Below are positions 1-10,558 of a DNA stretch of 64,000 bases, piece after piece. How positions within the stretch are numbered: the stretch's first letter is position 1; each line of letters starts with the position of its first letter. The notes beneath the pieces were generated by a model. The model was not told the DNA's origin and did no database searches. It saw only the letters and a list, made by a program, of their open reading frames with translations. A program made the translations under genes and the position numbers. Origin of the DNA: an uncultured delta proteobacterium (GTDB lineage: Bacteria; Desulfobacterota; Binatia; Binatales; Binataceae); the NCBI GenBank assembly GCA_963808235.1, contig CAWEEQ010000004.1, positions 512,001 through 576,000 on the forward strand, in the 5' to 3' direction.

Positions 1-90
1 TACGAAGTACAGGAAGGCTCAGAGCCCGAGCCCGACACAAAATCGGAAAGTTGGAAGCTCTGATCCTGGACCCGGTCGAAGGAACGAATC

Positions 91-789
91 GTGGGAATCG
101 ATCCAATCAAGGCCGTGCTCTTCGATTCAGGAGATACCCTGCTCGAACCAGTCGGCGGCGCATGGTGGCCTCGACCGGCAATGCTCGCCGTGCTCAATCA
201 GTCAGCCTCGCGTGTCGAACCGGACCGTCTGGGCGCGGCCTTGGATCTCGGGATGCAGTTTCTCGACACGCATCATCACGTCGAGACCGAGGACGCGGAA
301 ATCGCCCAGTTCCGGGAATACTACACGTTCGTATTCGGCGAACTTCACTTCGACGCGGCTTCGGATACGATCGAGAAACTCGCGCGTGCTGAAGTCTTCG
401 AGCTCCGGCAAACCCCGTTCGCTGACACACGCGACACCCTCGCCGAACTGCGCCGGGCGAGCCTCAAACTCGGCATCGTCTCGAACGCGTGGCCTTCTCT
501 GGAACGCACTTATCTGACACTCGACTTGCGAAAATTCTTCGATGCGTTCGTGATCTCATCGAAGCTCGGATGTTTGAAACCAGATCCACGAATCTACCAC
601 GCCGCAATTGAGCAGATAGCCGTCAAACCCGAGTCGATTCTCTTCGTGGACGATGGCCCGGACTACGTACAGGCGGCGAAGGCACTCGGAATGCGCGGCG
701 CTGTTATGCGGCGCGGAACCCCAGATGGATGCGGCGATGGAACCGTAGCAAATCTCGCGGAGTTGAAAGCGCTGATTTGGAGCGGCTAG
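91..789 (+). CDS. HAD-IA family hydrolase
   Basis: Motif I 'AVLFDSGDTL', motif II 'GIVSN', 'KPDPRIY', and motif IV 'FVDDG'. Confidence 0.88.
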   Translation: MGIDPIKAVLFDSGDTLLEPVGGAWWPRPAMLAVLNQSASRVEPDRLGAALDLGMQFLDTHHHVETEDAEIAQFREYYTFVFGELHFDAASDTIEKLARAEVFELRQTPFADTRDTLAELRRASLKLGIVSNAWPSLERTYLTLDLRKFFDAFVISSKLGCLKPDPRIYHAAIEQIAVKPESILFVDDGPDYVQAAKALGMRGAVMRRGTPDGCGDGTVANLAELKALIWSG

Positions 790-897
790 CCAGAGTATCG
801 GAGTTCCGGTCGCCTCGCGGCCGGCAGGCGAGGGTTCCGCGGCTCAAGATGCAAGCCTGCTACGTCGCGCCCGGCTTTTTCTGTATCGCTCCGTCTT

Positions 898-939
898 TGT
901 GTCATTCTAGAGCGAAGCGAAGAATCCCGGATCCTTTCT
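898..939. repeat. REP-like element, family A (TGTCATTCT-GAGCGAAGCGAAGAATCCCGGATC)
   Basis: Reverse complement of the copies at 51566-51614 and 61530-61586; intergenic. Confidence 0.75.
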
Positions 940-1000
940 GGAGTCATCGACGTACACCACCCAAAGACTGAGCACTCCCGCTATGCCATGATCACTCAGC

Positions 1001-1207
1001 ATGGAAGATCGGCGCAAAATTACAGCGCTCGTGAAGAGCGACTTACTCGCCAAAGCCCAAAGGGCCACGCGCGCCGGAATCAGCGAAACCGTTCGCGAGG
1101 GTCTCGAGTTACTAGCCGCGAACGAAGCCTATAGCGGCCTCCTGAAGATGCGCAGTAAGGTCAAGTTCTCCGTCAATCTGAGCCAACTGCGCCAAGACCG
1201 CCGCTAG
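1001..1207 (+). CDS. Small ribbon-helix-helix / VapB-like antitoxin (orphan)
   Basis: 68 aa. N-terminal 'RKITALV..DLL..AQ...AGISETVREGL' fits an RHH pattern; C-terminal 'LSQLRQDR' is typical of VapB-like antitoxins. Confidence 0.6.
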   Translation: MEDRRKITALVKSDLLAKAQRATRAGISETVREGLELLAANEAYSGLLKMRSKVKFSVNLSQLRQDRR

Positions 1208-1209
1208 TG

Positions 1210-1659
1210 CTAACCACGCTTGCGCGTGTCCGGATGCGGCAGCGTGTTGCCCTTGACCCGGATCAGATCGTCGGTCGTGTCGAACCATGAGAGCTTGCTC
1301 TCGACGAACTGATGAATCTGCGGGCGGATGCGCTCGGGCTCATCGAAGGTGCCGACTCTGACCGAAAAGTATCTTCCGTCCTTCACCAGCGGATTATTCG
1401 GGGCGTCGTACTCGCCGTACAATCCGGTCCCGCACTTTCCGCAGAAGTGGCTGCTGCCGTTTGCCGAAGTGGGATACACGCTCGGCGTGCCCTTCGTCAC
1501 GCGGAACGCATCGCCCGCGACCGCCGCCGTCAGAAGCACAGGAGCGCCGCTGCTATGCCGGCATGGATTGCAATGGCAGTAGATAACATCGAAGACCCGA
1601 TCGACTTCGTATCGGATCGCTTTGCAGAGACATCCGCCGGTGAATGGTCCCTCGATCAT
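1210..1659 (-). CDS. GFA/CENP-V family Zn-binding protein
   Basis: Motifs 'GGCLCKAIRY', 'CHCNPCR' and 'FCGKCGT'. Confidence 0.9.
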   Translation of the reverse strand: MIEGPFTGGCLCKAIRYEVDRVFDVIYCHCNPCRHSSGAPVLLTAAVAGDAFRVTKGTPSVYPTSANGSSHFCGKCGTGLYGEYDAPNNPLVKDGRYFSVRVGTFDEPERIRPQIHQFVESKLSWFDTTDDLIRVKGNTLPHPDTRKRG

Positions 1660-1731
1660 GGTCGCTGATTCTAACGCAGGGCAAGGTTTCAGGGACAGGA
1701 TCGAGATTCTTGAAAACGCGATCTCCCGATT

Positions 1732-2796
1732 TCATTTATTGAGGAGCTTCTCTGCTTCTCTCTGATCGACAAAACGGCTCTCCCCCAGCTCTTTCCTGAA
1801 TACGGCGCACAAAGCGGGCCAGCGCGACAGCCGGGCATCGGGCCATCCACGCCCCGGCAGGAACGATCGCCACCGGGTCCAGTCCACCATGACGAAGCTG
1901 ACCGCCTTGATCTCCGGATGCGCTCCGATGAACGCGAACAGATCGCGGCCCCAGGCTGCGGCTTCGTCTTCGGATTTGGCTGCCCGAACTTGTCTGGCAC
2001 CGGGCGGATTAAACACTGGCGAAGTCTCCGCGATCAGAACCGGCCGCTTGTGCCGCACGGCATCAGCAAGGAACGCGGTCGTCTCGCCCAGCTGGAAATC
2101 GGAGGGATCGAACAGATTGACGCTCCACCAATCGACGTACTCGTCGCCGGGGTACCATCGCATATAACCCAGCTGCGAGAATCCGGACGCGGTTGCGTTC
2201 CACACTGCGGCTACATTGTCTGCATGCGCGGCTCGCAGGATTCCGACGATGTGGCGAAATGACTTCAGGTAGAGCGCAGGATCGTAGGTTGCCCACGGAT
2301 TGTTGAACTCGAAGCCGATTCGCATCAGAACGGGCCGGCGCTGAGCGCGGAGGATTTCAGCCAGGCGTATGAGTTCGCGGTCGCGCGATCCATCCGCGAC
2401 CTCGCGCTGCATGGTTTGAAACCCTAGACCGAGTTGCGCGACGAGAAATCCGCGATTCGCGCAGAATTCTTTATAGCGGCTCTCGAAGCCGGCGAGCATG
2501 CGATCATCTGGTGCGACATAGAATGAGATCATCGCGGCCTTATGCGGCGCAACGTCGGCCTCGTATTGGCCGAGCTGGGCCGCATCGTCACGCGCCGCAT
2601 CTTCGCCCAAGTCCCACGCGTGCGAGAACTGGCCCCATCCGTGTAGCACGCGTCCTGCGGGCGGCTCGAAACGCGCGCCGAAGTAGAGTTGATTCAGGGT
2701 CGCCGGGGATGCGGGATTCATTGCACTCGGCGCAATCGCGGTTGCCAGGATGGAAAAGAAGACAAAAAGTAATCGCCGACTCAGCGCGAGTTTCAC
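1732..2796 (-). CDS. Secreted glycoside hydrolase, GH26-like
   Basis: Signal peptide follows a GTG at 2796 that overlaps the ndh stop (GTGA). Motifs 'RIGFEFN' (acid/base), 'WYPGDEYVDW' and 'PVLIAET' (nucleophile). Confidence 0.7.
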   Translation of the reverse strand: MKLALSRRLLFVFFSILATAIAPSAMNPASPATLNQLYFGARFEPPAGRVLHGWGQFSHAWDLGEDAARDDAAQLGQYEADVAPHKAAMISFYVAPDDRMLAGFESRYKEFCANRGFLVAQLGLGFQTMQREVADGSRDRELIRLAEILRAQRRPVLMRIGFEFNNPWATYDPALYLKSFRHIVGILRAAHADNVAAVWNATASGFSQLGYMRWYPGDEYVDWWSVNLFDPSDFQLGETTAFLADAVRHKRPVLIAETSPVFNPPGARQVRAAKSEDEAAAWGRDLFAFIGAHPEIKAVSFVMVDWTRWRSFLPGRGWPDARLSRWPALCAVFRKELGESRFVDQREAEKLLNK

Positions 2797-4088
2797 TTCG
2801 AGAGCATCCGCTCGCGATCTTTCAGCTTCTCGCCGCGTTCGAGTAGCGGTTCCACGTCGCCGGTGATCAATCGGGCTCCGCGATCGTTGCGGATATACGT
2901 CCACGCCCATTCCACGATAACGATGAAGCGGTTGCGAAATCCAATCAGAAAGAAAATGTGCACGAATAGCCACATCAGCCACGCGACGATGCCGCTCAGA
3001 TGCATCCTGCCGATGTCGGCGACCGCGGCGGCCTTTCCAATTGTCGCGAGCGTCCCCTTGTCCCAGTAGCGAAACGGGAGCGTCGGCTCGCCGCGCATGA
3101 TGCGCACGATATTCTCCGCCGCATGCTGCCCTTCTTGCATCGCCGCCGGCGACAGTCCCGGCACCGGTTTTCCGTCCGACTTTATCGACGCGAGGTCGCC
3201 GATCACGAACACGCCGTCAGCGCCCTTTACTGAAAGATCCTGATTCACGATCACGCGGCCGGCGCGATCCAGCTCCGCGCCGAGGCTCTTGCCGAGCGTC
3301 GAAGCCGCCACTCCGGCCGCCCAGATAACCGTCCGCGTCTCGGTCTGAACTCCGCCGTGCATGACTCCGCGATCGTCGACTGCCGTGACCGGCGAATCTG
3401 TGACGACTTCCACTCCCAGCCGCTCCAGTTGCCGCCGCGCGCTCGTCGATGACTCCATCGACATCGCGGGCAGCACTCGCGGACCCGCCTCGATCAGGAT
3501 GATTCGGGCGCGGCCCGGATCGATTCGCCGGAAATCACGCTCGAGCACCCGCCGCGATATCTCAGCGAGTGCACCAGCCATCTCGACCCCCGTCGGCCCC
3601 GCTCCGATTATCACGAACGTCATCCAGTTCGCGATTTCATCCGCGTCGATCTCCCGCTCCGCCGCTTCGTAGGCGACCAGCACCCGGCGCCGAATCTCGA
3701 CCGCATCTTCGAGCGTCTTCAACCCTGGCGCCGCGCCTTTCCATTCCTCGTGGCCGAAGTACGAATGCGTCGCGCCGGCCGCGACGATCAAGTAGTCGTA
3801 AGCAACTTCACCGTCGGCGAGTTGTACGATTTTTTTGGCCGTGTCGATCGAGATCGCTTCGCCGAGAATGACGCTCGCGTTTCGCTGGCGGCGCAGAATC
3901 CGCCGTATCGGCGATGCGATATCGCTCGGATTCAGCGCCGCGGTCGCGACCTGGTAGAGCAGCGGCTGGAACAGATGATGGTTGCGCCGATCGACCATCG
4001 TCACCCGCACCGGCGCTCGCTTGAGCGCCCGCGCAGCCGCGATCCCGCCGAATCCGCCGCCGATGATCACGACGTGTTTTTCAGCCAC
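2793..4088 (-). CDS. ndh: Type II NADH:quinone oxidoreductase (NDH-2)
   Basis: Two Rossmann motifs (GGGFGG, GAGPTGVEMAG), 'FQPLLYQVAT', and 'F.Y.DKG.LATIG'. Confidence 0.9.
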   Translation of the reverse strand: MAEKHVVIIGGGFGGIAAARALKRAPVRVTMVDRRNHHLFQPLLYQVATAALNPSDIASPIRRILRRQRNASVILGEAISIDTAKKIVQLADGEVAYDYLIVAAGATHSYFGHEEWKGAAPGLKTLEDAVEIRRRVLVAYEAAEREIDADEIANWMTFVIIGAGPTGVEMAGALAEISRRVLERDFRRIDPGRARIILIEAGPRVLPAMSMESSTSARRQLERLGVEVVTDSPVTAVDDRGVMHGGVQTETRTVIWAAGVAASTLGKSLGAELDRAGRVIVNQDLSVKGADGVFVIGDLASIKSDGKPVPGLSPAAMQEGQHAAENIVRIMRGEPTLPFRYWDKGTLATIGKAAAVADIGRMHLSGIVAWLMWLFVHIFFLIGFRNRFIVIVEWAWTYIRNDRGARLITGDVEPLLERGEKLKDRERMLSK

Positions 4089-4144
4089 GATCTGATCGTA
4101 TCGATCTCATCCAGACGGATCGAATAAAAGAAACAAGTCGCGAA

Positions 4145-5047
4145 TCAGCCTCCGAGGCTTTCGAGGTTAAAGATTCGCTCGACTATCGCCGTTACTCGCG
4201 AGGTTGCCCGCGCAACCGCGATCAGATCTCCGCTCGTCGAAATCACTTTGAACAACGTTCCGCCCGATGGAACCAGGGAGTCGAGCGCGCGTGAATCGCC
4301 GTTGCGTAGCCGTTTTTCCGCGACCGCATCGAGCACGAGCTCCGGCATGCCGACCAGCGCATCGCGAAGACCAATCATGCCGGTCGGCCGCGCACCGGAA
4401 TCGAGCGTCGCGACGAGCGCCGCAAGCGCCATCGCGTCCGCAATCGAAAAGGCTCCGTTGCGCGTGCGGCGGAGTTCTTCGAGATGCGCGACTGTGCCCA
4501 GCGCGAGGCCGATATCGCGCGCCAACGCGCGAGCGTATGTGCCCGGCGAGCATGTCGCGACGAATCGAATCGCGTCGGGCGCTTCGCAAATGAGCTCGAG
4601 ACGTTTGATGTTGACGATTCGTTTTTCGGGCGGCGCAACGTCTTCACCGCGCCGCGCGAGCCGATAAAGCGGCACTCCGGCGCGTTTGATCGCGGAAAAC
4701 ACGGGAGGAATCTGCTCGATCGCTCCGGTGAATTGCTCGACGACCTCCGCAATTTTCTCGCCCGAGATGACCGGCACCTCGGCGCGGCGAACCTCGGCGC
4801 CGTCGCGATCGAGCGTGTCGGTCTCGACTCCTAGCCGAATGAGTCCCGCATACTCCTTGTCGCCACCGTCGATAAACGGCGCGAGCTTGGTCGCCTCGCC
4901 GACCATTATCGGCAGGAGTCCCGTCGCGAACGGATCGAGCGTCCCCAGATGTCCCACCCGGGCCGGCTTGAGGCGCGATTTGACGCGTCGCACGACCTCT
5001 GCCGACGAGATTCCAGCGGGTTTATCCACCAACAAAATTGCATTCAT
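4145..5047 (-). CDS. truB: tRNA pseudouridine(55) synthase
   Basis: Motifs 'LVDKPAGISS', 'GHLGTLDPFATGLL' and 'CSPGTYARALARDIG'. Confidence 0.95.
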   Translation of the reverse strand: MNAILLVDKPAGISSAEVVRRVKSRLKPARVGHLGTLDPFATGLLPIMVGEATKLAPFIDGGDKEYAGLIRLGVETDTLDRDGAEVRRAEVPVISGEKIAEVVEQFTGAIEQIPPVFSAIKRAGVPLYRLARRGEDVAPPEKRIVNIKRLELICEAPDAIRFVATCSPGTYARALARDIGLALGTVAHLEELRRTRNGAFSIADAMALAALVATLDSGARPTGMIGLRDALVGMPELVLDAVAEKRLRNGDSRALDSLVPSGGTLFKVISTSGDLIAVARATSRVTAIVERIFNLESLGG

Positions 5048-5196
5048 GGGGGCGTCCCTGATCTATCCACTCGTGAGTTTTCGCATTTCGTTCTCTTTCG
5101 TCCTTTCCCGAAATAGCCCTAGCTTTACTCCGCGGACCGGCTCTGTTAGTTTGGTCGGCTAAAGATAAAGGAAAAAAGGGAAAGTAAGAACTCCGA

Positions 5197-5466
5197 ATGC
5201 CTCTTCCAGCAGCCCGTAAGCGGGAAGTCATACAAGCCAACGCTCGAACCAGCAATGACAGCGGCTCGCCTGAAGTTCAGGTCGCGCTCCTCTCGGCCCG
5301 GATCGACCAGTTGACCGAGCACCTCGCGGCGCACAAGAAGGACCATCATACGCGCCGTGGATTGTTGCGTCTGGTCGGCAAGCGTCGTCGGCTCCTTGAT
5401 TACCTGCATTCGCGCGATTTCTCGCGCTATAAAGGGTTGATCGAAAAGCTGGGCATCCGGAGATAG
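5197..5466 (+). CDS. rpsO: 30S ribosomal protein S15
   Basis: Motifs '[13 protein letters not shown]' and '[12 protein letters not shown]'. Confidence 0.98.
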   Translation: MPLPAARKREVIQANARTSNDSGSPEVQVALLSARIDQLTEHLAAHKKDHHTRRGLLRLVGKRRRLLDYLHSRDFSRYKGLIEKLGIRR

Positions 5467-5620
5467 GCTGTGCATACACTTGCCGCGCTGCCCGCAACAT
5501 TCGGGCGCGCGGGCCTTGGCTGGCCGTCCGGTCGGCATCAAGGCGCGCCCCCTGCGGCGCCACGCGGAAATCAGAACCGCAATCGTCGCGCCGCCTCAGT
5601 CCTCCCTCAGGTAACATCGC

Positions 5621-7717
5621 ATGTATCAGAAACTCGAAATTGACTTTGCCGGGCGTAAACTCTCGCTCGAAACAGGCCGGCTCGCCCGGCAGGCGCATGG
5701 CGCAGTGCTCGCCACCTATGGCGACACGGTCGTCCTCGCGACTGCGGTCTCGCAGTATGAAGCCCGCCCCAACATGGATTTTCTGCCGCTCACGGTAGAC
5801 TACGTCGAAAAGACTTTCGCCGCCGGCAAAATCCCCGGCGGTTTTTTTAAGCGCGAAGGCCGCGCCTCCGAAAAGGAAACTCTCACTTCGCGGTTGATCG
5901 ATCGCTCGATGCGCCCGCTGTTTCCCAAGGGCTACGACCGCGAGACCCAAATTATCGTGACCGTCCTCTCCGCCGATCGCGACAACGATCCCGACATGCT
6001 CTCGCTGATCGCGGCGTCGGCGGCGCTCGGAGTCTCCGATATTCCCCACAACGGACCCGTCGCGAGCGTCCGGATGGGCCGGGTGGACGGCAAAATCGTC
6101 GTCAACCCAACTCTCGGCGACCTCGAAGGAAGCGACGTGTCGCTGGTCGTCGCGGCTAATCCCGAGTCGATCATGATGCTCGAAGGCGGCGCTCATATCG
6201 TCGACGAGGAGACAATCCTCGAGGCGCTCTTCACCGCGCATGAAGCGATGCAACCGATTTTCGCGATGCAGGAAGAGTTGCGTCGGCGCGCGGGCAAGCC
6301 CAAACGCGAATTCGTGCCCAAGGCACGCGATGCCGCGTTGCTCGCGGCGGTCGAAAAGAATGTCGGCGACAAGCTCGAGAAGGCTCTTGCCACCAAGGGA
6401 AAGAAAGAGCGGAACGCGGCGCTGTACGCACTCAGCGACAAGGTCGTCGCCGATCTTTCAGAAAAGTTCCCCGAGCGCACCGGCGAAATCGTCGACGCGT
6501 GCGACTACCTGGTGCGGACGCGAGTGCGAATGTCGATTCTGGACGACGACAAGCGAATCGACGATCGCAAATCCACCGAAATCCGCGCGCTGAGCGCGGA
6601 GGTCCACGCGCTGCCGCGCACCCACGGCTCCGCGGTCTTCACCCGCGGCGAGACCCAGGCGCTCGCGACCGTCACGCTCGGCACTTCGTCCGACGAACAG
6701 AAGATCGACGCGTTGCTCGGCGAGCGCTTCAAGAAATTCCTGCTCCATTACAACTTCCCGCCGTTCTCGACCGGCGAAGTGAAATTTCTGCGCGCCCCGT
6801 CGCGGCGCGACATCGGACACGGTGCGCTAGCCGAACGCGCGCTCGCGCCGATCCTCCCCGACGAAGCCGACTTCCCGTACACGATTCGCGTCGTGTCCGA
6901 AGTGCTCGAGTCCAACGGCAGTTCCTCGATGGCCACCGTTTGCGGTGGCAGCCTCGCTCTCATGGACGCCGGCGTGCCGATCAAGGCCGCAGTCGCGGGA
7001 ATCGCGATGGGCCTGGTCAAGGAAGGCGACAAGGTCCGCGTCATCACCGACATCCTCGGCGACGAGGATCACCTCGGCGACATGGACTTCAAAGTGGCCG
7101 GCACCAAAGAAGGCGTGACCGCGATCCAGATGGACAACAAGGCCGGCGGCGTGTCCAAGGAAATCATGCGCCAGGCACTGCATCAGGCCCGCGACGCGCG
7201 TCTGCAGGTGCTTGGCGTGATGAACAAGGCGCTCGAGTCACCGCGCAAAGACGTCTCGACCTACGCGCCGCGAATCGTCACCCTGCATATCAAGCCCGAC
7301 AAAATTCGCGAAGTGATCGGGCCGGGCGGCAAGGTTATCCGCGGCCTGGTCGAGCAGACCGGATGCAAGATCGATATCGAAGATGACGGCACCGTGCTGA
7401 TCGCGTCGGCCGACGGGGTCGCGATGGAAAAAGCGATCGAGATGATCCAGGCGATCACCGCCGAGCCGGAGATCGGCAAGATCTATCACGGCACGGTGCG
7501 CAAGATCGTCGAGTTCGGCGCCTTCGTCGAGATCATGCCCGGCACCGACGGCCTGCTTCACATCTCGCAGATATCCAACGAACGGATCCGGCGCGTCGAG
7601 GACGTCCTGCACGAGGGCGACGAAATCGACGTCAAGGTGCTCGACGTGGATCGCAGCGGCAAAATCCGGCTCTCGCTTCGCGAGGCGAAACAGGACCAGG
7701 CTCCCAAAGGCAATTAG
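5621..7717 (+). CDS. pnp: Polyribonucleotide nucleotidyltransferase (PNPase)
   Basis: Motifs 'FLPLTVDY.EK..AAGKIPGGFFKREGR', 'ESNGSSSMA' and 'GDMDFKVAGT'; KH and S1 domains at the C-terminus. Confidence 0.98.
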   Translation: MYQKLEIDFAGRKLSLETGRLARQAHGAVLATYGDTVVLATAVSQYEARPNMDFLPLTVDYVEKTFAAGKIPGGFFKREGRASEKETLTSRLIDRSMRPLFPKGYDRETQIIVTVLSADRDNDPDMLSLIAASAALGVSDIPHNGPVASVRMGRVDGKIVVNPTLGDLEGSDVSLVVAANPESIMMLEGGAHIVDEETILEALFTAHEAMQPIFAMQEELRRRAGKPKREFVPKARDAALLAAVEKNVGDKLEKALATKGKKERNAALYALSDKVVADLSEKFPERTGEIVDACDYLVRTRVRMSILDDDKRIDDRKSTEIRALSAEVHALPRTHGSAVFTRGETQALATVTLGTSSDEQKIDALLGERFKKFLLHYNFPPFSTGEVKFLRAPSRRDIGHGALAERALAPILPDEADFPYTIRVVSEVLESNGSSSMATVCGGSLALMDAGVPIKAAVAGIAMGLVKEGDKVRVITDILGDEDHLGDMDFKVAGTKEGVTAIQMDNKAGGVSKEIMRQALHQARDARLQVLGVMNKALESPRKDVSTYAPRIVTLHIKPDKIREVIGPGGKVIRGLVEQTGCKIDIEDDGTVLIASADGVAMEKAIEMIQAITAEPEIGKIYHGTVRKIVEFGAFVEIMPGTDGLLHISQISNERIRRVEDVLHEGDEIDVKVLDVDRSGKIRLSLREAKQDQAPKGN

Positions 7718-7727
7718 CTTAATCAGC

Positions 7728-8990
7728 ATGATTCAAAAAAGCGTCCTCGCAAACGGCGTGCGGATTCTGACTGAGGCGATGCCTCAAGTCGTCTCGTCGT
7801 CGATCGGAATATGGGTTGAGAACGGTTCCCGCTACGAAGAGCCGGCCGAAAACGGCACCTCTCATTTCATCGAGCACTTGCTCTTCAAGGGCACCAAGAA
7901 GCGCACCGCCGCGGAAATCGCCGAGGTTTTCGACAGCGTCGGCGGAGTGCTCAACGCCTTCACCGGCAAGGAATACACCTGCTACTACGCCAAGGTGCTC
8001 GGCAAGGACCTCGAGATGGCGACCGAAGTGCTCGCCGATATTTTCCTCGAGTCGGTGTTCGATCCCGCCGAGATTGAGCGCGAACGCCAAGTCGTGCTGC
8101 AGGAAATCTCGCAGGCCGAAGATACTCCCGACGATTTTATCCACGATCTGTTCACCGAAAATTTCTGGAAGGGTCATCCGCTCGCGTTGCCGATTTTCGG
8201 ATCGGTCGAGACGGTCAACAAGATCGATCGCGATCTGCTGACCTCCTTCATGGCGGCGCGCTACCGCTCGAGCCGGGTCTTTATCGCCGCCGCCGGCCAG
8301 GTCGAGCACGAACGCTTGACCGCGAAATGCGCCGGGCTGTTCGGCGCGATTGCGGGCAACGGCAAAGTCGAGAAGACTTCGCCGCCAATCGATCGCCCGA
8401 TGGTGCTGAATCGCGAGAAGAAACTCGAGCAGGCGCATATTTGCATCGGCGGCCCCGGTATCAGCACTGTGCATCCGCTGCGCTACGCTGGCTTCGTGCT
8501 CAATACGGCGCTCGGCGGCGGGATGTCCTCGCGGCTGTTCCAGGAAGTGCGCGAGAAGCGCGGCCGCGTCTACAGCATCTACTCGTTCATCTCGTCCTTC
8601 ATCGATTCCGGATACTTCGGTGTGTACGCCGGAACCAATCCCGAGTGGGTCGATGAAGTCCTCGAAGTAACGGTCGCCGAGCTGCGGAAAGTCGAGCACG
8701 ACGGCCTCGCGCCAAACGAGCTCGCGCGCGCCAAGAGCCAGCTTCAGGGCAACATGCTGCTCGGGATGGAATCCACCGACAGCCGCATGAACCGCCTCGC
8801 CCGCAATGAGATTTCGTTTCGCCGCGACGTTCCCCTACAAGAATTGTCGGAAGGAATCGACGCAGTCACCAACGACAACATCGTCGAACTGGCATCGTCA
8901 TGGTTCAAGCCCGACAAACTCGCGATGGTCCTGCTCGGCGATCTGAAGGGCCGCAAAATCGGCGCCGAAGTCTTCGCCCCGCTCGCGTAA
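7728..8990 (+). CDS. M16 (pitrilysin) family zinc peptidase
   Basis: Inverted zinc motif HFIEH and 'SSRLFQEVREKRG'; usual position after pnp. Confidence 0.93.
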   Translation: MIQKSVLANGVRILTEAMPQVVSSSIGIWVENGSRYEEPAENGTSHFIEHLLFKGTKKRTAAEIAEVFDSVGGVLNAFTGKEYTCYYAKVLGKDLEMATEVLADIFLESVFDPAEIERERQVVLQEISQAEDTPDDFIHDLFTENFWKGHPLALPIFGSVETVNKIDRDLLTSFMAARYRSSRVFIAAAGQVEHERLTAKCAGLFGAIAGNGKVEKTSPPIDRPMVLNREKKLEQAHICIGGPGISTVHPLRYAGFVLNTALGGGMSSRLFQEVREKRGRVYSIYSFISSFIDSGYFGVYAGTNPEWVDEVLEVTVAELRKVEHDGLAPNELARAKSQLQGNMLLGMESTDSRMNRLARNEISFRRDVPLQELSEGIDAVTNDNIVELASSWFKPDKLAMVLLGDLKGRKIGAEVFAPLA

Positions 8991-8997
8991 AGTTCCA

Positions 8998-10394
8998 CTA
9001 CGCAGCTTTCCAGAGGCCGTGGAATCCGACCGGCACGCGATGGTCGAGATGCGCCCGCGCGATCGGTCCGCGCTCGATTTCTTCGGCGTCGAATATCGCG
9101 AGATGGCTGGCGTTGCGATCTTCATCGAAGATGTTCGTCAGTAGATAACCGTCGCCGTCGCGCGCATCGCGATTTCTCGGCACGAACACCGGCTCCGCCA
9201 CCGCGCATCGAGGACCGGCAGCATAGACGCGCATCTGTTTCGTGGCCTGATCGAAATGCCCGATACCGCGATGAAAGATATCGTCGCTGCCCGGGCCACC
9301 GATGCACGCGACGTAGCCGTGGCGATAGCTCAGCCCGATTCGCCGCTCGTCGATTCGCGGATACTCGCATCGCTCGTCGCTCAGTCTCTCAACAGCGAAT
9401 CTGGATGAGATACCGGCCCAATCGAACTCCCAGCGAGTCAAATACTGCGTCGCGTGGCGAGGGTCCGTCGGCGATCCGTCGGCCAATGGAAACAGCGGCA
9501 CGTCCTGCTGGCATACGTCGACGACAATCCGGTCGTGCTCATTGAATGCATTCATCTGATGCCACGCCATGCACGACGGTCCCGAGAACCATCGGACATC
9601 CTCGACGCCGCCGTTTCTCGGCATGATTCCGACTTGCGTGCCCAAGTCCGGCTCCCACGCAATCAGCGGCGCGCCCGCCATCGCCCGTTTGATCGACACC
9701 GTCACCGGGCACATCGGGATGACGATAAAATCTCTCGTCACCGCGAAATCATGAACCAGCGCCGCGAACGGCCCCTTGATCATCTGCGATCGGACTAGCT
9801 CTCCCGATGCGTTCGCGAAGTAGAACTCGATATCGCCGTTTACTCGTCCGGTCGGAAAGTTCGCAAAGAAAACCATCTCGCCTGAATCGCGATCGATCTT
9901 CGGATGCGCGGTCATGTTCCGTCCGAGCTTGTTGTCAAACGACCAGCGGCCGATTGTCTCCAGCGACACAGGATCGATTTCGATAGGCCCATGTCCTTCT
10001 TCCAGGGCCAGCAATTTATTCGCGTGCCATACAAGGTTTGTATTCGCCACGCCGTCGGTCCGCATGCCCGCAACGCTCGAATCAGAATCCGTGGGGATCC
10101 CCGAAGTGCCAAACAGTGCTCGGCCGGCGCGATTCTCGAGCCTCCACTGCTCGGTCCGCACCCATCGATTGCGATACGAGACCGCACCATCGTGCAGATG
10201 GAACGCATGCACCATTCCGTCTCCATTGAGGGGATTGTAGTTGCCGCGCGGCGGAAATTGCGGGTTCGGTCCGATCCGATAGAACATCCCGTCGAGGTCC
10301 TTCGGACTTCGCCCTCTATGATCAAATGCGCCGAGTCGCACTCCATCCGAATCGGTTCAAAGCCGCGCGATAGATACGGATTGGTCGAAGACAT
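8998..10394 (-). CDS. Carotenoid oxygenase / lignostilbene dioxygenase family, 1-nt frameshift near 10304
   Basis: N-terminus 'MSSTNPYLSRGFEPIRME...IEGEV' is in one frame and continues as 'PKDLDGMFYRIGPNP' in another. Fe-ligand His motifs TAHPK, VHDF, WHQMNA and GFHG are intact. Confidence 0.88.
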
Positions 10395-10558
10395 ACCTAA
10401 ACCCTGCGTGCGGCCGGATCCAATCGCAATACTGAAACTCGGATTTGCCCCCTTGATTTCCGCTTTTGGATGTTCCGCGGGCACTCGGCTGAAAATATTT
10501 TTTCTGTCAAGAGCGGGTGAAGGCGCCGGCACAGCACGCGACCATCGGGGTTGCCGCT

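Noticed and set aside
1-63. Open frame ending at 63 (YEVQEGSEPEPDTKSESWKL*)
   Set aside because: Possibly the end of an upstream gene, but too short to identify.
5022-5071. DnaA-box-like TTATCCACC and CTATCCACT near the truB start
   Set aside because: Both are mismatched, and one lies inside conserved coding sequence (LVDK).
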